DNA of 63,884 nucleotides, filler included, from Neolecta irregularis DAH-3 (Eukaryota): NCBI GenBank assembly GCA_001929475.1. It is 7 parts of 7 records of this genome, joined end to end, with 100 filler letters (N's around TTAATTAATTAA, not from the genome) between each part and the next. Parts side by side here need not be neighbours in the genome. Positions count along the whole stretch, not along the records: positions 1 to 18,265 come from LXFE01000344.1; positions 18,366 to 19,839 come from LXFE01003252.1; positions 19,940 to 28,538 come from LXFE01000345.1; 4 more parts are not named here. One strand, 5' to 3'. Shown piece by piece: positions 10,281 to 22,662 of this stretch (position 1 is its first letter; each line of letters starts with the position of its first letter). The notes under the pieces were generated by a model. It saw only the letters and a program-made list of their open reading frames with translations, ran no database searches and was not told where the DNA came from. The position numbers and the translations under genes were made by a program.

Positions 10281-11738
10281 ATGTCTTCGTCGCTTCAAGT
10301 AATGGAGCTGGAGCAGCGCTATGCCTGTACATGGCTGTTTTGCACGCCTAATGTGCAGGCCACAATTACCATCCTCTGTCTGTAGTCGCTGCCCGTGCCC
10401 GCGGTGCCCATGTGTGGGATCCCGAAGGCCGCAAGTATCTCGACTTTCTCAGCGCATACAGTTCTGTCAACCAGGGCCACTGCCACCCGGCGATCGTCAA
10501 GGCCCTCGTCGACCAGGCGCATACCCTCACCCTCTGCTCCCGCGCCTTCTACTCCGACCAGCTCGGCCCCTTTGCAAAGTTTGTCACTGAATATTTTGGC
10601 TACGAGAGCATGCTCCCGATGAACACCGGTGCCGAAGTCCCGCTCTCCCCCCGCACCCGCTGCTGACTTTCCAGGCTGTCGAGAGCGGCATCAAACTCGC
10701 CAGAAAGTGGGGCTACATGAAAAAAGGCATCCCAGATAACGAGGCCATCGTCTTTTCTTGCACAGACAACTTTCATGGCAGAACCACCAGCATCATTTCC
10801 ATGTCCACAGATCTAGAAGCCCGCACCCATTTTGGCCCATACATGCCTAACGTAGGCCCATACTGCCCCAAAACAGGAAAGTATATCCGCTTCAACCATA
10901 TCGAAGATCTCGAAGAAGCGCTCGAGCATCACGGAAAGAATGTTGCCGCATTCTTGGTTGAACCTATCCAGGGCGAAGCTGGGTATGTCTTTCAACTCTA
11001 TCAAGTCAACCCTGACTGGAATAGAGTAGTAGTACCCGACGACGGATATATGGCCAAAGCGTTCGCCTTGTGCAAAAAGCATAATGTCCTATTTATCGCC
11101 GATGAAATACAAACTGGAATATGCAGAACTGGTAAACTGCTAGCCACTCACTACGACGGCATTAAACCTGACATTGTCCTACTCGGAAAAGCAGTTGCCG
11201 GTGGCTGCTACCCTGTCTCCCTTGTCCTATCCGACAAGCACATTATGGACTGCATCCAACCAGGTGAACGTATATCCACCCCTTTCCCGCCCGCCTTCTT
11301 GCTGCTTATTTCATAGATGGCTCCACCTTTGGTGGGAATCCCCTCGCATGCGCTGTAGCCACGGCCGCTCTCACTGTCGCCAAAGAGGAGAAACTCTCAG
11401 AACGTGCCTTTTCTCTAGGCCAGAAATTCCGCGAGGCCCTTAGAAAGCTCAATTCCCCATTGATCACCGCCATCCGCGGACGCGGCTTGTTAAACGCCAT
11501 AGTCCTCGACGAGAGCAAAACCAACGGACGCACAGCCGTAGATTTCTGTATAGTACTGAAGGAGAAAGGTCTCCTTGCAAAATATACACATGGCAATATC
11601 GTCAGATTGGCACCTCCTATCGTTATTTCAGAGGAAGACTTGTTGGATGGTGTCAAGATTATCGGGGAAGTACTTGAGACTTTGCCTAATATTGAGAAGC
11701 GAAGTAATTCATATCACGCTGGTATTACACAATATTGA
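10281..11738 (+). CDS. CAR2: Ornithine aminotransferase (class III PLP)
   Basis: [64 protein letters not shown]; four introns. Confidence 0.95.
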
Positions 11739-11870
11739 TCTTGTATAAATTTTGGGAGGCCAAGGGTACGCCGGCTTTTTTTTAAATAATCAAACTAAGC
11801 CATATATAAAACAAGTCCAGTTCTCTCCTAATATGAACTCCGTGACCATATCTTTTCTCGGTAAATTTAT

Positions 11871-14800
11871 TCAACTGTTGAACAAGAATTGCAAATCAGT
11901 AGTTGAAAGGCGATCTATTATTAGTCAAGTGGAAGAGACAAGGATGACATACTCAACGCAGCCTCGTCAGCGTCAATCGTAGAACGAATCATGTTCTCTT
12001 TTTTCATTTGTAACTCGATAATCCGACTTTCAATCGAATTTTCAATTACTAGTCGTGTTATTTTTACGGGACGTGTTTGGCCGATTCGATGGACTCTGTC
12101 GCCGCTTTGCCATTCTACGCTCGGCTGGTCGATTAGTTTGTTCCTTGAGGTATTTGAGAGAATACGTTCCACCAAGGATCCATAATGAATACTTGTGATG
12201 CTTCTGTGAGATTCAGAGCCACGCCGCCTGCTTTCAACGAAACAAGAAATACCTCTACAGTTGGACCCGTCATGAAACTAGAAGTTAGTCTGTTTTTTGT
12301 TATAGCAGGGATTTCACTGATTGATTGAGGCAGCTCGAGCTTGGGGCGTCATATGTCCGTCCAACTTGACTGTTCCAAAACCAGCTCGCCTATTGGTAAG
12401 CCGTACTATCGAGCGATCTAGACATACCGCAATCTCCATTCAATTAATTCCAGAAACGAAGTGAATTGACTAAACACGATGCTTTTAATCATGCTATCCT
12501 TACTCTTCAATTTGTACAATTCCTCAACTAACGCTTCGATTTTCGTCGAACTTCGCCATTTCGACATATCAATACGATTCAAGATCGAGCCCTTTCTATA
12601 ATTCTCCTCGTCGAGTACATCTAATGCCGGAGCAGTCAAATCAATATTCAACGGCACGTGGCAAATCGGACAATCAGGATGCGCGGTGAAAGCGGCAGCG
12701 GACTCGATGTATTCTTGAATACATAGTCGACAGTAGACATGATGACACCGCGATTCAATTGCATCTTGCGCTTCGTCGTCGCAGATTTTGCAGACAAGAG
12801 TGTTTTTACCGAGGCCCAGATGTCTTTTTAATACAAGATCTGGATGATCTGCCATTTGACGCATTCGAGTGATCAATGTAAATACATTTGCATAATTATT
12901 TAGTAATACGTCGTTATCGACATATGAGTTGAACTTGCGTTTTGATTCCGAGTAGAGGGATTCATAAAGATCTTCTTCTTCCTGAATGGTTGGCAACAGA
13001 TAATACAAAGAGGGAATACCTCGTTGAAAAAATCTCGACGGACTTCGACGACACGTGGAGGGAGACCCAGGTCATCTGCTTTTTGGACTTTGGTACGACG
13101 AAGCATAATATGTTGTAGGAATTTATGGAGTTTATTAAACGCGGTTCGACCTTCGCCTTCCGCTCCAAACCGTTGGATAGGTTTCAATAATTCGACGTTG
13201 AAGAATGAGTTATGGCTGTTTTTTAACCTGTTGATCGAGGATAAGGAAACATACGACATTGAATTATGGCCGCACTGGTTGCAATGTCGTCGATCAGTGA
13301 ATTTCCAGTTTAATGATTTGCACGGACATTTACGACAATAATAATATGACTTTTCGTTAGCTTGAATGATCTTCACAAGTCTTTACCAAAGGATCTGCTT
13401 CCATAAACCTCAGCAGCGAAAACATCTCGCCAATCTGAACTGTCAGATTGTGGTGCCTCATTTCAAGATACCCTATTTTGTAGCGGTGTTCCTGAAAGAC
13501 ATATTTTTCTTGGTGCTTTCAGTGCGAAGCACGCTCGTGCAGTGTTACAGCTTCGATCCTTGACATTATGCGCCTCGTCCAAGATAATCCGAAACCAGTC
13601 CAAAGAATGTAACAAACTCTTCTCCTTGACATTTCCTTCTTTCCTGTTAAATCCTGACGTCTGTTTGCGAAACACTGATTCTAGGACAGCATCTAAAATG
13701 TAAGACGAAAAGAGGGAGAGGAGGGCAAACATACATGTTGTGAGGACAACGTCATATTGGATCAATGCGTCGGCATTCATTTGTCTGTTTGCCCCGTAGA
13801 AAAGAGCAACGCTGAGACCATTATTCGTATGAATTTCGATTTCTTTTTGCCATTGCATGAGAGCAACGGTTGGCGCGATAATTAGATTCGGCTTTCCACG
13901 AGGTTCAGCGAGTAATAAAGCGATGCTATTTCTCCATTAATCATTCCGCACAAGAAATAAAATCCAGATAGTTACCTTTGAATCGTCTTTCCCATTCCCA
14001 TTTCATCCTAGAATATCAGTCGACTGTTTCTCCAGCGTTAATTCGTACCGCTAGAATTCCGCCATGAAATCCGGTGTTTTCTTGGTGTCGGAGCCAATGT
14101 AATCCTTCTCTTTGAAATGGAAGAAGAGACAGTGAGAGACCGGGAGGCTGAGGGTCCTCTTTTATGGCGATTGTGCCTCGCTCTTCAAGGTCTTGCCACA
14201 CTGTTGCAAGTTCTGGGTGATGTACATGTAAGGCTCGCGAAGTTCTCTTCCAGTGTCAGTTTGATGTCTCTACATTTTGGGGTACTTCGTACTAGATAGT
14301 AAGCTCAAAGTAAGCTTGGAGAGGGATACTTGAGATAATTGAGGGCCGGCTCTTCTCGCTCTTCGATTTTCACGTCTAGGAGCAGCAGTAGGAATTTCGG
14401 CCGTATGAATTTGGTCTTGTGCTACTGCTTCATCGTTCTCGTCTTCTAGTTAATATGCGACTGCAGCATTGGATGTACATTCTGATAGCACTGCTTCGGA
14501 TTCTGATGACGGAGGGAGATATTTTACGTCCTCTTCCATGATTGATTCATCTTCACTTTGTTCAGAGTCTGGTATTTCATTCAATGCTTCGTCAAGGTTG
14601 GCCATAGTTTTAGAGACAGAGCCTATTCCCTCTGAAACACTAGTAGCCGGTGTAAAATCTAACGATGCCGCAAGTGTGGCTCGATTATTATCTGATGTGC
14701 CGGCAATTGGTGTCACTTCTTCAATCTTGTGCCGTTTAGATGGAGGAGCGAAGTCCTGTAGCTCGTCTTCGGATTCTTTAAAGGTTGATTCATGATCGCT

Positions 14801-15003
14801 ATCGTCGAAATTCTCTTCACTATCTGGTATCTCCTGTACCAAAGACTCCCCAGTATTGTCACTGGATTCCGTCGCCGCCTTTCTTTTCGCTATATGATTA
14901 TTCCCAGGAGGCGTGCAGTAAGTGAACCTGTATGCCGTTCAGGAGCAGGCTGCTTTGATTTTGATAGCTGGGAGAGTCTAGAGGAGCGTCTTCTGACAGC
15001 CAT
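11871..15003 (-). CDS. RAD16: Rad16 SNF2-family helicase/RING protein (global-genome NER)
   Basis: [72 protein letters not shown]-terminal DLQFLFNS*. Confidence 0.95.
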
Positions 15004-15179
15004 TATTGTGTCAATTAGTATGGTTCAAGGGCGAATTAGCAAGGTGGCTACTGAATGACGGTGCCGATGCACTTAGAGAGGATCGGAATGGATCGAAGTT
15101 TAATGGAAAAACTCCCAAGGCGCAGGTGGCGTAGTGCTTATCGGACGCTCCTCGTCTGACAGACGTTCAATCAAACACG

Positions 15180-17168
15180 ATGAATCGACATGGGAATATT
15201 CGAGGCAAGTATACGCCATTTCCAGCAGTAAAATATACTGACCTGTCTTTACAGGTCCGAATTCTGCGCTCACAGACTTTCTTGCGGCAACTATCGTCAT
15301 GTTGTCATGGCTGATTCATAGAGCAAAGGAATCAGCGCTGCTGAGATTACACGGAGACATCGAGAACGAGAGCAGGCTGAGGAAGCGGTCGCAGTTAATC
15401 GAAACGATCTAGATATGTTGGAAACTATTCCCGATAATCCGGTTTCCGCAGAACAACCTCAGGAACTAGCAGATTCAGCCGTGACTGCCGGAACGAAACG
15501 AAAACGACAAACTACCAAAGCGGAAAAAAGAAAAAAGAAAAAGAAAGACGAATCAGATGATGAAGAAGATCAAGGACAGTCGGCTGGACGAAGTACTTTT
15601 AGCCATAAAAATCGATCAAAAGACGCAGGCCAAATTCAATTTTGTGCCGAATGTTCCGCCCGCTTTTCTGTCACAAAATTCTCGAAGAAAAATCCTGATG
15701 GAGAGGGTTATCTTTGCAATAAATGCGGAAATCCGGCTGGAAACGCCCCAGATAATGCCAGAGTCCGACGAAAAGCTACAATCACTAGAAAGAAGAAAGT
15801 TGCACAGGCAAAACTGGAAGGGGAAGACTTAATTTCCAAATTACAAGATTTATGCATCAAAGTACACCACATGCACGCTATCTTCCATGCTAATCGGAAG
15901 CTTATCGCAAAATATATCGATGATGTGGAAGCTCTTGGAGAAATTGGTGACGTCAACATGGATAAGGTTCCTTCGAAATGGAAAAGCATGTTCAAGATTT
16001 TAGATATGCCAGATCATTTCAAAAAAGAGGTCACTTAATAATGATACTCTTGGTCTCTTCCTTGATGTTTCGAATACAAAGCTGAATTTGTACGATTGTT
16101 CAAGTAAGCCCTTTCATAGGATTCACATTTACAGAGAAGAAATTGATCCAGATCATTTTATGAGCATCGCTCAATTTTGCCCTAATCTCGATTCCATATC
16201 CTTGAAATACTGTGGCAAAATTACAGATCCTGGTATGTTTAAACGGAATTCATATAAGAAACTCACTTCTAGTCGTAAACTTTTATGCCAGTCACCTCAA
16301 GAACCTTTGTTCAGTTACTTTTAACGGGCCATTTCTAATCACAGTCAACGCCTGGAAATCTGCTTTCGCCACACTCGGGTCAAGGCTTGAAGCTCTAGTA
16401 ATTTCGGATACAACTCGCTTCGATATCCCAACAGCATTAAAACTGGTTGAGTATTGTCCAAACATTCGGAAACTCGGTTTATCTCGACTTACTCAAATGA
16501 ATGATGAAATCGTAAAGGTTCTCGCCAAGTTACCGGGACTGGTTGAACTTGATTTGTCTTGGCCCGGGGATATCGTAACTGATGACTCTATCATCGAATT
16601 ACTCTATCAAAACGGCCCAAGTTTGACGAGTATCAACTTTGATGGCTGTCGAGAACTTACTGAACGGACTCTAAAAACTATCACATCTACGTGTCCCCTG
16701 CTCGCGGAACTTTCTCTCCAACAATGCGATCGGATATCGGACGAGGGTTTCACAGCTGCATTCACAGAAAATGTCGTTCTCGAAGGCCTCATCAATGTCA
16801 ATCTCGAACGTTGTCTAGGAATTAAAGACAACGCAGTTCAGGCTTTAATCCGTCACTCAGCTGGTCATCTTCGAAACCTAAATCTCAATTCCTTGGACCA
16901 GCTTACGAGATGCACTTTTGATGAACTTGCAAGTTCAGTATGTCCTATGCTAGAAGTTTTAGATGTAGGATTCGTAAGAGCGATTGATGATGAAATTTGT
17001 GGCAAGGTTATTAAGGCTTGTCCTACACTGAGTATCTTGAAGGTAAATATATATTTTAATTTCGATTAATGAAAACAGGTCTTTGGATGTTCCCGGATTA
17101 CAGAGACCATTGACTCGGATTTAAGGATGGGCGTGAGGTTGATTGGCAGAGAATCAGATTTTCTTTGA
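15180..17168 (+). CDS. RAD7: Rad7 leucine-rich-repeat NER protein
   Basis: N-terminal IRGPNSALTDFLA motif reconstructed through two GC-AG introns (15205-15254, 15287-15321). CAECSARF..LCNKC Zn motif, LQDLCI, DVEALGEIG, RNI-like LRRs, LIGRE end. Confidence 0.92.
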
Positions 17169-17369
17169 ATGATCAATATGGTGTATATTTCACAGATGAC
17201 ATATTACTACTCAAGCGCACTGGAGACAGGATTTATCTCCACATATCCCAATCATTCTTACCAATACCTCAGTTTGCATGGGAAAATATTGTATTTTCAC
17301 AGCATGCTCACAGGCTCAAACAGAATGAAGGGAGTTGGATACAAATTGATAAATGTGTATCCTACTACC

Positions 17370-17465
17370 ACTACTGAAACTATGACTACTGGGACTATGA
17401 CTATTGCTATGACTAATGCTGTTGTCTCCTTCTTCCACTTTGTCTCCTACCTGCGCTCAAACGTC
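17370..17465. repeat. Dispersed repeat family A, copy 3 (inverted)
   Basis: atgactactgggactatgactattgctatgactaatgctgttgtctccttc aligns with the reverse complement of 7020-7115. Confidence 0.65.
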
Positions 17466-17769
17466 CGGTTCACCTACGCCCCCATAGTCATCTCCGCCTT
17501 GGCCTCCCTCACAGCCATCTATGGGGCAGCGAGTCGTCACTAACAAGATGACGGCCACTGTCCACCGGATGCTAATTATATACAAGTGCCTAGTGCTTGG
17601 GCTATGTGGCCCTATTCCACTGGGATATGATTGTACCTCTCCTTCACACTATCCATACCTGCTCCAGGAGGGAGTCTCCGTTACAGAAAGATACTGGCGT
17701 TCCCCATTTACTTTTCCAGTTGCCTATTTATCTCTGCTTCTAGGGAGGCTGGTAAACTGCTGTGCAGTC

Positions 17770-17907
17770 AGACTTGCTAACAAGCAAGCAAGTCCAATTC
17801 TGGACTTTGGACTTGCTTGCTGCATATTTCAGGCCTTTGGACTTGCTTGCTTGGACTTACTTGCTATTTAACTTGCAAATTTGGACTTGCTTGTCTGGAC
17901 TTGCTTG
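17770..17907. repeat. Array of (G)GACTTGCTTG motifs in both orientations, probably DNA-transposon subterminal repeats
   Basis: About 8 copies of ggacttgc(ttg) plus inverted gcaagcaagtcc. Confidence 0.6.
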
Positions 17908-17919
17908 ATAAAGTTTTTA

Positions 17920-18035
17920 CAGTGTGTCCACCCGGCCGCCCGACCCCGCCGGAGACCTCAATCCCCGGCAGGCAGGCCGGCGGGCGGGTCCAAACGTTTC
18001 CGGCAGGCCGGCGGGCAGGTCAACCCGTTTTTTTT
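17920..18035 (+). mobile_element. Truncated hAT MITE end
   Basis: Begins CAGTGTGTCCACC, identical to the TIR of the 44679-44858 MITE. GC-rich ccgccc/ggcggg subterminal motifs; no second end found. Confidence 0.65.
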
Positions 18036-18168
18036 GACAATTAGGATAGGTGCAATACAATATTCACTAAATAACGAAAATTGCTAGCATAGAATGATTT
18101 CTATCTGGCCATTTCTTTCATTGGTGAAGTATTCTGCACATACAAAATTCGCATCATCCTGATCACGA

Positions 18169-18265
18169 TATCACGTGATCCGTGACAAATCTTGCGAGCG
18201 TAACTTTGAGCAAATTGCAAATCAATTCACAGTTGAACAACCAACCAACGTATTCAAACGAAACA
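18169..18265 (+). repeat. Dispersed repeat family B, copy 1
   Basis: tatcacgtga..aatcttgcgagc..gcaaat..aaatcaat..acagtt..aaccaaccaac aligns with 61998-62093 and more weakly with 29855-29950. Confidence 0.7.
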
Positions 18266-18365
18266 NNNNNNNNNNNNNNNNNNNNNNNNNNNNNNNNNNN
18301 NNNNNNNNNTTAATTAATTAANNNNNNNNNNNNNNNNNNNNNNNNNNNNNNNNNNNNNNNNNNNN
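18266..18365. other. Assembly gap linker
   Basis: N44-TTAATTAATTAA-N44. Identical linkers at 19840-19939, 28539-28638, 30440-30539, 61173-61272 and 62701-62800. Confidence 0.98.
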
Positions 18366-19727
18366 CGCACTGCGCGACTTGTACATCCTTATGAGCGATT
18401 ACTCGTACGATTCCTCGGTCATTTGTCCCACCCGATTTATGGAAGTTATGGGTACATGTAATGGTATACCTTTTGCATGCTCAAACTTATGCTAGAAATG
18501 TTTGCCGGCCCTGGCCATCAGGATGCGCACGAGCTCTTCATATCGCTGCTAGATGGCGTCATGAACGACATTGACAACCACGAAAAGACTAGACAAGATC
18601 CAGAACCGAGTATGTACCAAGGTACCCCCACCCCGTTTTATATATTAATTACAGAATCTATTTCCGAATCTTTTGCTTCTGAATCTATTACCATGCTCAA
18701 AGATATTTTTTCCGGGTTGATGACCAATGAAACACGGTGTTTGACTTGTGAAAATGTTTGCGCGTTTTAGGTTTAATTAACCCACAGATTACATATCGAG
18801 ACGAAGCGTTTAGAGATTTATCGCTCGATGTCGATGAGTACCCCTCCATCAATGAACGCCTGCAAAATCTATCCGAAACAGAATTTCTCTGCGGCAAGAA
18901 TAAATTCCTCTGCGACGAGTGCGGCGGTCTACAAGAAGCTGAGAAACGGTATTGATTTTTTAAAACACAGAATTTATATATTTAGCACCAAAATCAAGAA
19001 ATTTCCTAAAGTTTTGGTGCTGCATCTGAAACGATTCAAGTATTGTGAAACAGACCAATCAACTTCGAAACTGTTCAATCGAATGGAATTTGACCTATCT
19101 TTTGACTCGTCGTCTGTACTGCGCGAGAGTAAAACTTGGCAACACACCCCTACCGATGTTGGCATTGCCACTACCCTCGATATGCAAGATAAAGGAATCT
19201 ACGAGTTATTCTCAATAGTCGTTCATCTGGGAAATTCGCTGATCCAGGGACATTACGTCTCCATTACCAAAACGGATAAAGGTTGGATGGTTTTCGATGA
19301 CGATCGTGTCGAAATCATGCAAGAGCCTTTTGTTGAAAAGTTCTTTGGCGAAGATCTCAACTATGGAGCTGCATACTTGTTATTCTACCAAGAGAAAGGG
19401 GTCACAAAAATTGCCACAAATGGAATCAACCGGTATATTGGTATCCGATTGTAGGTTAACCATAGATCTCGCCAAACTTCTTCTGTATCTACCTCCTCGT
19501 TACATGGCATGTCAATAAATCGAACACCGAGCTCATCTAAAGTTACAACGGCTACAGACGAACCCACTGAAACATTTGCTAGCGAACAGGTTTTGACTTT
19601 TGAAGTCCCCGAACAACCACCCAGGGAAAAAACAAGTCGGTTCAAAAAGCTACGACCTCATGCATCCAGTCTCTCCCGGAAATTCCGCCGCAAGAAAGAT
19701 CAGGATATAGTAAAGGTCGAGGGATAA
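18366..19727 (+). CDS. Ubiquitin-specific protease, USP12/46 (Ubp9/Ubp13/CreB) type; 5' part lost in gap
   Basis: HQDAHEL, NETRCLTCE, KFLCDECGGLQEAEKR, LHLKRFKY, His box VVHLG...GHYVSI, WMVFDD, AYLLFY. Confidence 0.88.
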
Positions 19728-20375
19728 TCAATTATTGCTTTGGTCGTTTTGGCGAAAATACTGCGTGTCTTATCGTGTAATGGCATTATGGCATTTTGGT
19801 AGTCTTGGTTATAGATTCCCAAAGACACTTTATATATATNNNNNNNNNNNNNNNNNNNNNNNNNNNNNNNNNNNNNNNNNNNNTTAATTAATTAANNNNN
19901 NNNNNNNNNNNNNNNNNNNNNNNNNNNNNNNNNNNNNNNAAGATTCTCGTATCTTAAGCTAGAAATATATCCTAGTCTTATTCGTACTGAGGTCTCACAC
20001 TTACATGTAAACTACCCAGTTGCTGTTGATGAATTGGAGTTATTGGATGAATTGAGGAAGAATGGGACCCCAATATGAGTTTCCTACAACGATATTTCGC
20101 AAGTCACTGGAAACAATCAATCAATCAATGAGACATCATCCACAACACATTGATAAATAAGGAGGGTGCGTTCGCCAGCCACAAGATTGACCCAATTATT
20201 GCAATTTTTGGTGATTCTAAATTCCGATTTTTCGTCGCGTTCGGCGCCACACAAACTTTATTTTGCAATATTCGATTCCGAGATAACAAAAGCAATCATG
20301 GGTGGAAGAGATTAGTTTTACATTCAGCCTATATAATTTGATTTATTTTATCATTGTTCTAAGGAAATACAGCAT

Positions 20376-22591
20376 TCAGGTAAAATTCTGATCTTGTATC
20401 CCGTGAGACCCTTTCAATTCTGAAACAAGCTCCGTTAATCTTGAGATTTGTTCTTTAACTTTTGAAATTATTATGAATTCATCTTCCTCTGCCTTTGGTA
20501 GTCGCGGTAGTATTCCCTTCTTCCAATCTTCGTCCTCGTTGTGATCTTCCTCGCCGCTCTCCCAATCACTCGTATCGCTACCATCCTCCTCTCCTAGCAT
20601 CCTATTTTTCCTGATCTTTGGTGCCTGTATTTGACTTTCATAATATGCAATGAGAAATAGACAAGGCGCATAAACTATCTGCATGACAAAGATATTAAGT
20701 TTAACATAACATTGACGAGATATGATAGGCTCGAGAGGGATAAGGAAGAAGACCTCGACAAGATTCAGTGGTGGAATAAACGTATGTTCATCAGGCGCTC
20801 GAATAAAACTGAGGGTTTTTGCACTGAAGAGACAGAGGAACTTGAGATCAACAAGGGAGAAAGCACATTTTACCTCGTCAACAGCATTAGCGGTGACGTT
20901 CGAATAACTCAGGTTGAAAAGAGCAATAAGAATATTAAGAAGGACTGAAACAATAAGCAACCTGGAGGAAATAACATAGTACTTAATGAAACAGTGAATG
21001 TGAATATATAGTAGAGTATTGGTCCAAATGGTTCCCCAAAACCGCTACCTGTTAGCATGAAGTATCTGGGCTTGGGAACCTGTAAAACCCAAAATCTGGA
21101 GACTGAAGTATAGCTTGCAGAAATGAATGAATAATGGACATAGTGACTTCTCCGGGTTTCCCATCCGCAGAATCAAGACCGATAAATGTCTGCAAGAAAC
21201 CGGCTCCAACCAATATCAACAGCGTGAAGAAAACAGCACTCTCCTTCATCATCTCCTTAACCACTGAATCCTTTAGCGCTTTTCTAGAAAGGGAAATCGC
21301 CTATAATCATTGTTCCCCAGAACTTGAATTCGTCTAGATAGAGTAGTAACCGAATCCACATCATTGGACTGAGAGCCGCGAGCCATTGGTAACCACGGAG
21401 ACTCAGGAACGCAGCCCTTTCTTCGTTGGCATCAAGAATTGACGCAATTCGATATCCGAAAGCAACGACGTACAGCCCATACATGATTTGGTTAAAGACA
21501 TTCCAAAAATTCATAATCGGATATCCAACCTTCCAGATTTTTGCTCCTTCGTCAAAAATATGTGACAGAACTAAAACGTAAAGAAGGAACTCGAATACAT
21601 CCATATTCCGCTAGCTCTCCTTAGAACTCGTACTACGGGAAATAAATACATTTTTGTCAATAGTATTGACAGATAAACTGTAAAGGATCAAGAAGAGGAA
21701 GGACACGACGAGCTGGACAATGTTCTGATATCGAGGAGCTTGAAGATTAGAATGGCATCTGTAGAATAGATACTCTTCATTCGATGAGGATCCCAATGAT
21801 CTGAGAACTTGGTGCTTATTAGTTTTTCGTACGGTCTGTATTCCTGTTGACCTTGGGGGCCGTAATAAGTCTGATAGTATCCCCTCCATAGCGAGAGCAT
21901 ACACTGCTGAAACGGCCCTGAAGAAATCACTCGTATGGCTCGAATATCGATGGCCAGTTCAATCGCTGTAGAATAAATACTCTTGGTTACGAATTATCCT
22001 TTACCATTTAACGGCTCTGTTGTTCTATTTCCATGGATTACTTGGTACTTTTTCAGCAATACTTCTTGGAATAGAAAATTTTTGTCGGTAGTCTTCTCTA
22101 GAATCCGCTTCGCAAGAATATCACACGCTACGACTCGGGGTAGATTAACATCGGTATCTGTTAAATCTGTTACTAACTGCCTCTGAAAGTAACGCCGACA
22201 TATCAACAGAGCGAACACTATGCAAGCTCGGTCATGGATCTATCCAGTCAAAACAACAATGTGTTGGCATGAGAATCACCGCAGGTCCTCCAATGTCTTC
22301 GACAAGTGCAACAACATTTTTTGTCATAATACGAGAGTTGGGCTTTACAATCTCTTCTTGCTGGGCTTCAGCTCACAAGCGAAAGACAGCATGCACGTCA
22401 AGTTCGCAGTCAATTAGTCTCTCGATAACGAACCGTACTCTTGAGGCTGTTTTTGCTACCTTTTTCGCAGACACCGGGTCCCCGCTCGGACGTCTGGAAC
22501 GCAGTAGGGATTGGAAATGTTCGAGTGTGCCCATAGAAGATTCATCTGACTCGGGCTCTGTTCGATGGAGCAGATTGGCGATAAAGTCCAT
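20376..22591 (-). CDS. YVC1: Vacuolar TRP-type cation channel (TRPY1/Yvc1)
   Basis: WDPHRM..PRYQN, multiple TM segments, VKEMMKESAVFFTLL, ILQSPDF, LLNILIALFN, FIRAPDEHTFIPPLNLVE. Includes GC-AG intron 21264-21300. Confidence 0.9.
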
Positions 22592-22662
22592 TGGAATAGT
22601 GCGCGGGCGGTTACCAGCTAGCAATGGACTATATGCGCCCTAAGTCTGTCTATGCACACTGT

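Noticed and set aside
8477-11738. CYP51 plus aminotransferase as a biosynthetic gene cluster
   Set aside because: Both look like standard primary-metabolism orthologues, with no backbone synthase or cluster transporter nearby.
17770-17907. CRISPR-like repeat array
   Set aside because: Eukaryotic context, repeats only 8-10 nt with irregular spacing, no cas genes.
18266-18365. Recurrent TTAATTAATTAA palindrome between N runs (six times)
   Set aside because: Artificial scaffolding linker with stops in all frames, not biological. Adjacency across these gaps is only inferred.
19940-20341. Possible small gene or intron next to the gap
   Set aside because: A GTAAGT..AG segment exists on the minus strand, but the surrounding frames close quickly; not supportable.
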